This document shows positions 18,239 through 24,755 of a DNA stretch of 24,755 nt, piece by piece (position 1 is the first letter of the stretch; every line of letters begins with the position of its first letter). The notes beneath the pieces are model-generated. The model was not told the origin of the DNA. It ran no database searches and saw only the letters and a list, made by a program, of their open reading frames with translations. The translations under genes were made by a program, and so were the position numbers. The stretch spans positions 1 through 24,755 of the forward strand of contig DATHKK010000173.1 of NCBI GenBank assembly GCA_035489355.1. The letters run 5' to 3'. The DNA comes from Candidatus Limnocylindria bacterium. GTDB lineage: Bacteria; Verrucomicrobiota; Verrucomicrobiia; Limisphaerales; SIBH01.

Positions 18239-19051
18239 ATGACCACACACCACATAACCCGGCAGATCGTTTTGTCTCTGTTTGCTTTCACAGCCACTTC
18301 GATGTTTGGGGCGGACCAGAAGTCTCTCGGCTACAAAGATACGCCGTTGATTCCCGGCACGCAGTGGCACGTTCACGATGGAGATCGTCCGCAGCCGCGC
18401 GTCCTTACTCCTGGAAAACATTTCAGCGAAATGGCGGCCGCGCCTTCCGACGCGATGGTGCTGTTCGATGGCACAGATTTCTCGAAGTGGAAAGGCGCGA
18501 AGGGTGACGTGCAATGGAAGATCGAAGATGGCTACATGGAGACGACCAAGACCGGCGTCATTCGCACGAAGGATGAATTCGGCGATTTTCAACTTCACCT
18601 TGAATTCGCGACGCCTTCGAAAGTCGTCGGCGATGGCCAGGGACGTGGCAATAACGGCGTGAACATTTTTGGGCGTTACGAAATTCAGGTGCTCGATTCC
18701 TACAACAACCCGACCTACCCCGATGGCCAGGCCAGCGCGATTTACGGCCAGTCGCCTCCGTTGGTGAACGCCAGCCGTCCGCCCGGCGAATGGCAGACCT
18801 ACGACATTGTTTTCGAAGCACCGCACTGGGACGCCGAGGGCAAATTGATCAAGAAGGCGTCAGCGACAGTGCTCCACAATGGTGTGCTGGTCCACAACCG
18901 GCGAGAGATTCTCGGCAACACCCAGCATCGGGCAATGCCCGCCTACGGCAAGCCGCAGGAAAAAGGATTCATCGAACTTTACGAGCACGGGAACCCGGTG
19001 CGCTTCCGCAACATCTGGATTCGCCCGCTCGGTGAATACGACAAACCGTAA
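18239..19051 (+). CDS. DUF1080 (3-keto-disaccharide hydrolase family) protein
   Basis: APSDAMVLFDGTD, FGDFQLHLEF, GNNGV, YEIQVLDS, ASAIYG, GEWQTYDIVF, ATVLHNGVLVH, EHGNPVRFRNIWIRPL. Start placed at ATG 18239 before a signal-like segment. Confidence 0.92.
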   Translation: MTTHHITRQIVLSLFAFTATSMFGADQKSLGYKDTPLIPGTQWHVHDGDRPQPRVLTPGKHFSEMAAAPSDAMVLFDGTDFSKWKGAKGDVQWKIEDGYMETTKTGVIRTKDEFGDFQLHLEFATPSKVVGDGQGRGNNGVNIFGRYEIQVLDSYNNPTYPDGQASAIYGQSPPLVNASRPPGEWQTYDIVFEAPHWDAEGKLIKKASATVLHNGVLVHNRREILGNTQHRAMPAYGKPQEKGFIELYEHGNPVRFRNIWIRPLGEYDKP

Positions 19052-19083
19052 TCGCGCGAACAACAATTCATCCGCGCACGCGT

Positions 19084-19809
19084 ATGAACCGCCTTTTGCT
19101 CAGCCTGATCTTTCTCTCGTTATGCGCGGGATTTTCTTCCGCGGCGGAGCAGAAACTGAAGGTGCTCGTCATCACGGGCGGTCATGGATTTGTGACGAAC
19201 TCCTTCTTCCGCGTGTTCCAGGACAATCCGGAGATCACTTTCACTAACGTCATCCAGGCGAAGAGTTCTTCGACGGCGTACGATCGAGAAGACCTCCTGA
19301 GCTACGACTGCATTGTTCTCTACGACATGGTGCAGAACATCAGCGAGACGCAGAAGGCGAAGTTCCTCTCACTCTTCGACAAAGGTGTCGGACTGGTCGT
19401 GACGCATCATGCGCTGGTGTCGTATCAGGCGTGGCCGGAATTTGAGCGGATCGTCGGCGGCACTTACGCAGAGCCGCAGGACAAGCGCGGCAAGGTGACG
19501 CCCGAGCTGGGCTGGGAACACGATATTGATTTCGAAGTGCAGGTGATCGCCAGGGACCATCCCATCACGGCGGGCGTGAAGGATTTTGCCATCAACGATG
19601 AGATCTATTGGGGCTTTCGGCTGCGACCCGATTCCATTCCGCTGATCACGACGACGCACCCGAAGAGCGGGAAACCGCTGGCGTGGTATCGAACCGAAAA
19701 ACATTCCCGCGTCGTCTATCTGCAACTCGGCCACGGTCCTTCCGCTTTCGAGAACCCCAACTATCGAAAGCTCCTGGCGCAAAGCATTCGTTGGGCGGCG
19801 AAGCACTGA
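19084..19809 (+). CDS. ThuA-like (class I glutamine amidotransferase-like fold) domain protein, secreted
   Basis: KVLVITGGHGF, YDCIVLY, GVGLVVTHHA, DHPITAGV..F.INDEIY, PLAWYR, RVVYLQLGHGPSAFENPNYRKLL; signal peptide. Confidence 0.9.
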   Translation: MNRLLLSLIFLSLCAGFSSAAEQKLKVLVITGGHGFVTNSFFRVFQDNPEITFTNVIQAKSSSTAYDREDLLSYDCIVLYDMVQNISETQKAKFLSLFDKGVGLVVTHHALVSYQAWPEFERIVGGTYAEPQDKRGKVTPELGWEHDIDFEVQVIARDHPITAGVKDFAINDEIYWGFRLRPDSIPLITTTHPKSGKPLAWYRTEKHSRVVYLQLGHGPSAFENPNYRKLLAQSIRWAAKH

Positions 19810-19839
19810 CGTTCAGTCCACTCCCGGTCGCGAGTTGGC

Positions 19840-22054
19840 TCAGCGATCAAGTTTGAACTCAAAACTCCAATTGTGGCCGTCCTGCCCGGTCAAGGCCAGG
19901 CCATCCACCGCCAGCGTGAGACTGTCCCGGCCTCCTTTGAACCAAGGCTCAGTGGCGGTTCGCGCGATGCCGTAGGTGTTGGCGCGCATGTCGAACGCGA
20001 GGCTCAAGGTGCCGGCGTCGGCGAATACTTTTCCAGAGACGTTGCGAAAGAGCGTCGGCGATTGAATCGATTCAAGACGGGTTTCGATGGTGCCCTTGGC
20101 GGAATCCATAGAGAGCACGCGCAGGCGAAGGGAACTGCGGAGCGCCTTCGTTGGATCGACGGCCGTGCCGTCGATCACACCGCCCGGACGGATGGCCGAG
20201 TTGAACGCCTGCCGCCAGGAGGCGGTGGCTCGCAGCCGACGCGCCGCTTCACCTGATGAAAGAGGCTCTAAGCGGAAGGTTTGATTTCGATAGCTGCCGA
20301 TGAGCGCGCCGTTCTCCATCCGTAATGGCAGCGCGCGGAACTGCGGGGCCAATGACTTGGCAGGAATTCCGGGCGGAGTGGCGTCGCGAACTTCCGCGAG
20401 GCGCAGCGGCCAGTTCGCTTCGCGGTGGCGATTGCCGATGAGCGGGCCGGTGAGCTTGAGTTGCCACGCTTCGCGCTCGGGATCTTGCAGCACGACCTCA
20501 ATCGACTTCGTCGCGTCTGCCGCGCGCATCACTCGCAGCAGGATTTGTTGGGTGCTGGCTTCGGATAGTTTTACGGAGCCTGAATAATACGCATCAGGGA
20601 CCATCGCACCGAGCATGGCGAAATAGTCCGGGCTGGCGGCACGCTTGACCCGCTCCGTATCGGCATCGGGAACTCGCGTGAACTGGATCGCGCTGGCGCC
20701 GAGTTGGCCGGAGACCCGGTCTGAGTCGATCACGAGTTCAAGGTTAACCATTTTCGGATCGTCCAGCACCGGCCCGCCATTGCGCGTCATCTGGTCCGAG
20801 CGGGAAACGAGAGAGAGTTCGAAACGCTCGCGGGCGACTTCGAATTTCCATTCTCCCTCAAACAATCGTCCATCACCCCAGCCGCCGTCGTTGTGGATAA
20901 TCGCTTTGAGCGGATGCGTCCCGGAACCGCCGACGGCCTCCGTGACTTCGAGGTAAATGGGTTTCTTTTCATTGGCCGTCCGCCCCGCCATCGTGCCGGT
21001 GAAAATGGCTCCGGGACGGAAGAACGGCACCAGCAATTCTTCCTGTCTCTTGTGCTGGGCCATCACCTCCGCCACGTACGCGCCGCGCGCCTGTTCAAGC
21101 TGCGCGAGAATCTTTGGCTGCGCGTCCACGAGGGAGCGCAGCCGCGCACGGTCGTCATCGCGGCTAACGTCGAACACTTCGCCGGCGAAATTCTCGCGAG
21201 GCCGCTGGTCTGCCGGCCACGACGGCAAGCTGATGGAGCGGACGGACACATCCCAAGTTCCGCTGCTTTTGGACGCCGTAAAATTCGCCATTCCATTGAA
21301 AGTATTCCCTGGCGGCGTGCCGACCTTCACCACTGAAACCTTCGTCACGTCCAAAGGCGGCGACGTCAACCCGGCCAGTTCGAGAAGGCGGCGCGCCTCT
21401 TTGGCACTCGTCAGTTCGGCGATCCGTTTGTTCACCGTCGCATCGATTTTTAGTTCCTCCTGAAGATAGCGCTCCGTGGGCACGCTCACGTACAAAGGCC
21501 GATCCAGTTTTGCGATCAGGGTCGCGTAAACGTCGGCGATGCCCCCATGCTGCGAACTCGTCTGGAAGGAAACGGACGAAAGCGAAAGGCCGCGCTTTCC
21601 GAGTTCGCGCGCCAGGCTCTGCTCGACGGCTGTTTTAGAAATCGAGGGCGGACGACGCTGCCACCAGATCGTCGCAGCGGTGGCGGCGAGCGCCACGATG
21701 ACGGCCGTGACCAGGCTCAACCGACGGAAGCCGCTTGCGCGCGCCAGCTTGTTCCGTGGCCTGTTTCTGCGCCTGGAGCTGGAGAAGGCGCGCGCGCAAG
21801 GCCGCTCCGAGTTCCTGATCGCGGCGACTCACAGCCAGATTCTTCCGCTCTTCGGCCAATTGAGAGAGCGCCCATTCGCAACGCTCGGCGGCAGATTTCT
21901 TCGCCACGGCGTCGGGAAGGTTGATCGGGTTGCTCACCGAATCGCTGATCTGGGCCTTCTCGATCGCCGAACGAAAACGCCGCCGTGTCGCCTCTGAGTT
22001 GTGCCAGGCAGTCAACTGGCTTCGCAGCGGCAAAGGATCGAAATCGTTTTTCAT
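19840..22054 (-). pseudogene. Single-pass membrane protein (about 737 aa if repaired): N-terminal helical/coiled-coil part, TM helix, three tandem beta-rich repeats; one +1 frameshift
   Basis: ORF 21635..22060 (ATG 22054) and ORF 19840..21720 join by removing one base at 21726-21727, giving QAGARKRLRRLSLVTAVIVALAATAATIWWQRR (basic run plus TM helix). The downstream part alone is a 626-codon open frame. The frameshift may be real or a sequence error. Confidence 0.7.
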
Positions 22055-22066
22055 AAACAAATTGGC

Positions 22067-22474
22067 TCAGCCGCCCCCGGCGGAATTGGCCTGGGCAATA
22101 TGGTTTCGGGCATCGCTGGCAAGTTGATCGGCTTGCTGCGCCTGGCTGCTGGCGGCGCTGGCTTCGCTAAAAGCGGATTGCGCGCTGGCACGGGCGTCGG
22201 CGCAATTCTGGCCGGCCTGTGCTGATTCACTCGCGGCGATGCGATGCTGCTCGTCGGCGCGGAGCACATCGGTCGCGGCGGAATTCAGATCGCGGTGCTG
22301 GGCCGCGATGGCGGTCAGGATTGTTCGTTCAGACGCAGCGCGCGGTTGGAGAAATCGTTGTTCGGCGGCGCGCGCGTTGGCGTCGCGCCAGACCAGGCGG
22401 GCATCCGCCACGACTTCCTGCAGCGCGCGGGATTGCCGCTGAAGTGACCAGAGAATGTCGTCGCGATCACTCAT
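22067..22474 (-). CDS. WXG100-like small helical protein (WxD variant) with Ala/Gln-rich C-terminal extension
   Basis: 135 aa, helical composition, ARLVWRDANARAAEQRFLQP. ATGA overlap with the upstream gene and co-oriented with an FtsK-like gene. Confidence 0.7.
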   Translation of the reverse strand: MSDRDDILWSLQRQSRALQEVVADARLVWRDANARAAEQRFLQPRAASERTILTAIAAQHRDLNSAATDVLRADEQHRIAASESAQAGQNCADARASAQSAFSEASAASSQAQQADQLASDARNHIAQANSAGGG

Positions 22475-23313
22475 GGCAGCGGCTCCGCTCGGTTGAGATG
22501 TTGAAGCGTTTCAATGGCTTCCTCGAGTTGCTTGCGTCCGAGATCTTCGTGAATGGCGATTTTCTCCGCCGCGGTGTTCGCAAGGCGCAATTGCGCGTCA
22601 GCCTCGGCGGCGCGGGCGCAGGCAGATTGCGCGGCGGCGGTCATGTCGTCACTGGCGGCTGTCTCGCGATCCACGGCGGCGCGAGCTTGCGTGGCCGACT
22701 GCCGGGAATCCGAGGCGCGGTTTACTGCGCCGTGCGCGCAACTCACCGCAGCGCGCGCGCAACTCTCGCTTTGTGATGCCAGGCTCACCGCTTTTTGGCA
22801 GGCGGCCACGCGTTCCTGCGCGCGTTTCACTTCATTCTGCGCCACGTTGACCTGCTGCTGTGCAATAGCCACAGCCCTCCCCGCCGCCGCCGCCGATGCG
22901 GCCGGGCCGGAACAATCCCGGGCTGGGCCATTGGGATCGTGCGGCGCCGACATGCACGCGCTCAAAGCGTTCGAGGCGCTGTTGTAGCGCTGCTGGCAGG
23001 CCGCCAGATTGTTCATGGCGTTCGCCAGTGCGATCTGCGCGGCCTCCAATCGGTCGCGCGCGGCTTCCAATTCTTTCTTCCAATGAGACAACGCTGAGTG
23101 GGCTTCGAAGGTCGCTGCTTGCGCGTTGCTCAACGACTGATTGCACTGGGCGAGCGCTTGCTGCGCGGTGGCCAGCGCTTGTTGGGAGAGATGCTCGATT
23201 TCCTGGACGTGGCGTTCGTCATCGCGCGCCGTGTCCGCGATCGCAATGGCCAGCTGTCGAGTGCGTTGGGCGCTCTCATCTGAAAGGCGCTGGTCCCGTA
23301 CCGTGTCTTCCAT
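22471..23313 (-). CDS. Ala-rich coiled-coil protein with central Cys-x13-Cys loop (280 aa)
   Basis: From ATG 23313: MEDTVRDQRL... heptad-like A/Q/E/R-rich helices, ALSACMSAPHDPNGPARDCSG, 8 Cys, no signal peptide. The first 74 codons of the ORF-track call 22471..23535 lie in the inverted segment. Confidence 0.78.
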   Translation of the reverse strand: MEDTVRDQRLSDESAQRTRQLAIAIADTARDDERHVQEIEHLSQQALATAQQALAQCNQSLSNAQAATFEAHSALSHWKKELEAARDRLEAAQIALANAMNNLAACQQRYNSASNALSACMSAPHDPNGPARDCSGPAASAAAAGRAVAIAQQQVNVAQNEVKRAQERVAACQKAVSLASQSESCARAAVSCAHGAVNRASDSRQSATQARAAVDRETAASDDMTAAAQSACARAAEADAQLRLANTAAEKIAIHEDLGRKQLEEAIETLQHLNRAEPLP

Positions 23314-23320
23314 GCTCGAC
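23314..23320 (+). repeat. Left 7-bp inverted repeat GCTCGAC
   Basis: Exact reverse complement of GTCGAGC at 23683-23689; sits where coding sense switches strand. Confidence 0.8.
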
Positions 23321-23682
23321 TGGAGAATGCCACCGGTCACGCGGAATGGTATGCGGCGGAACAACCGCGCATCGCGTGGGTCGGTCAGGAATTTAACGTG
23401 CGCGGCTATGCTTCTCTGGTGCTCAAACGCAAACCGTCCGACAACATCGTTTTCGTCGGCAACAATCCCAACGCCCGGCACGGACTGTTGTTGAGCGTGC
23501 TCACCAGCATCGCCCTCAATCTCGACGCGCGGCACACGCAGTTCGCGCTGATTGATCGCACACCCAGAGGCTCACCGTGGGAAAAGGTCGCGCCGACCTG
23601 GAGCGAGCATCTGACTCGCACCGCTGGTGTGATGTGTCGGCTGGCCACCGAGTCCGCGGCAGCGGAGGAATTGTTGCGCGAG
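23321..23682 (+). other. Inverted internal fragment encoding part of a C-terminal FtsK/EccC-like degenerate ATPase domain
   Basis: The + strand frame reads (ARL)ENATGHAEWYAAEQPRIAWVGQEFNVRGYASLVLKRKPSDNIVFVGNNPNARHGLLLSVLTSIALNLDARHTQFALIDRTP...EELLRE with no stop. This is a P-loop-fold-like beta-alpha pattern, opposite in sense to both flanking genes. Confidence 0.75.
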
Positions 23683-24610
23683 GTCGAGCTTCCGCCGCGG
23701 TGTCCCAGTGCAGGAGCAGATAAGTGCCGCCCTCCATGCCGTTGTTGGCGATGCGACGGAGTAATTCTAAGCTGCGAGTGTCGGTGGCGAAGCCGTGGGG
23801 GAAATCAGCAACGACGACAATCCTCAGCTTCTCGCGCCGGCGTTGATTGACCGGTATCTGCTCGAAGGATGTGATCTGGCCACCCAGAGAGTTGCGGCTG
23901 ATGCGCACGAAATTTCGCTCGGCCGCCTCAAGGTCCTGGAACAATTCGGTGTTTTCGATCCGGCCGGGCAGACGATTGGCCCAGCGGAAGGCGTTGCCGC
24001 TGTTGTGCGGATCAACGAAAAGAAACTGCACCTGATTAGGCAGCGCAGCCGCGATGCGCCAGACGAGCGACTGCATCGCGTCGAGGACAGGCTGTCGATG
24101 TTTGGCGTTGCCCGGAAAAACCAGCGTGCGCCTCCGGCCGACGAAGGGAACCATGAACGGAGACGCTGGCCCGCTCGCGCCTTCACCCGCTTGGACACGC
24201 CCGAGGCAAAGCGCGTCGGGCAACGTCACCACTTGCTGTTGTTGCGATGAATTGTAGGCGGCCCATGCCGCTTCGTCCCAACCCGGACGCGAGAGCAACG
24301 GCACGGCGGCGTTGGCAGCGGCGCATGCGCGCTGGGCGGCTTCGCACACCGTGGCCAATTCACCATCAGCCACGCGACTTTCGACGAGCACACGAACCGC
24401 AGTCGAGGCGATGCGTCCTTCGGCTGTCGCTTGGCGAGTCGCGGCATTTTTCACCGCGTCGTCGATGGAGGCCAGCCAGGCGTTAATGCCGCTGGCTTTT
24501 CCGCGCGAACATTGGGCATCGATCTCCGCCTGCGCAGTAGGATCACCGGCACAGGCTCGGACCACCAGCGCCGCAGGTTGGTTTCGATCTGAAGGGGATG
24601 GATTACTCAT
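23516..24610 (-). pseudogene. FtsK/SpoIIIE (EccC/EssC-like) ATPase-family gene, rearranged; first degenerate ATPase domain only in the present orientation
   Basis: LPDALCLG, FMVPF..RTLVF, MQSLVWRIAAALPNQVQFLFVDP..SGNAF, LRIVVVADFPHGF, LRRIANNG..GGTYLLLHWD. This resembles the first pseudo-ATPase domain of WXG100-associated FtsK proteins. No GxxxxGK[ST] motif. The last about 55 codons are antisense read-through of the inverted segment. ATG 24610. Confidence 0.72.
23683..23689 (+). repeat. Right 7-bp inverted repeat GTCGAGC
   Basis: Reads GCT CGA C (A-R-x) on the - strand in the FtsK frame, the same register in which the left copy is read on the + strand. Confidence 0.8.
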
Positions 24611-24755
24611 TTGCAAACCGTCCTGTCGGCGCCGCCCATTCCGTTGAAGTCCATCGACAAGTTCCCGCGCCACGCCGCGGCGAGACGGCGGAAGCAGGGC
24701 TCTCCGAAGAACCGGATGATTGGGATTCCCTGTCGCAAACCGGCGCGGAGAATAC
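24607..24755 (-). CDS. Probable 3' end of an upstream gene, 5'-partial; product unknown
   Basis: One frame (..ILRAGLRQGIPIIRFF...DRTVCK-TGA) ends in an ATGA overlap with ATG 24610. All three frames are open over this stretch, so the frame is uncertain and the FtsK-like ORF could itself extend upstream. Confidence 0.3.
   Translation of the reverse strand, partial: ILRAGLRQGIPIIRFFGEPCFRRLAAAWRGNLSMDFNGMGGADRTVCK

Noticed and set aside
23314-23535. First 74 codons of ORF 22471..23535 as part of the coiled-coil protein
   Set aside because: They lie within the inverted segment, are antisense to the FtsK-like fragment, and differ in composition from the Ala-rich remainder.
23300-23700. Dedicated invertase (shufflon-type) recombination sites
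   Set aside because: Not supported as a call: only the 7-bp core is shared, the flanking arms differ, and no recombinase gene is in the window. Kept only as a hypothesis.
23690-23850. C-terminal part of + strand ORF 23398..23850
   Set aside because: Beyond the right inverted repeat it is antisense read-through of the FtsK-like gene (PPRCPSAGADKC...).

Overview
GC-rich bacterial chromosomal window. Gene content (DUF1549/PSCyt cytochrome, DUF1592+DUF1552 pair, DUF1080, ThuA, 'FLPIVxRELRVA' permease) suggests the PVC superphylum, most likely Verrucomicrobia; this is inference, not a database result. 1-8334 holds intact secreted/periplasmic redox-type genes: a partial planctomycete cytochrome c protein, a GSDH beta-propeller with an inserted CHRD domain, and a cytochrome c-PA14-DUF1592 + DUF1552 pair. 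8536-11859 is a decayed zone: a doubly broken Tat-exported TIM-barrel gene, then a lower-GC restriction-modification remnant (intact vsr, 57-codon C5-methyltransferase stub, frameshifted DUF3883 nuclease, 5'-damaged GIY-YIG-like gene). 11903-19809 holds intact VOC, ABC-2-like permease, ankyrin-CxxCH-QW toroid protein, D-aminoacylase, DUF1080 and ThuA genes. 19840-24755 is a minus-strand operon resembling a type VII/WXG100-like secretion locus in a diderm: FtsK/EccC-like ATPase, Cys-looped Ala-rich coiled-coil protein, WxD-type WXG100-like protein, and a single-pass membrane protein with three ~138-aa repeats. The most striking structure is a 362-bp segment (23321-23682) inside the FtsK-like gene that is inverted between exact 7-bp inverted repeats (GCTCGAC/GTCGAGC). 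Flipping it back restores one in-frame 444-aa ORF and places a GAGGT Shine-Dalgarno 5 nt before the next gene. No tRNA, rRNA, CRISPR array, transposase or recombinase was recognised. Family assignments come from motif recognition, without searches.
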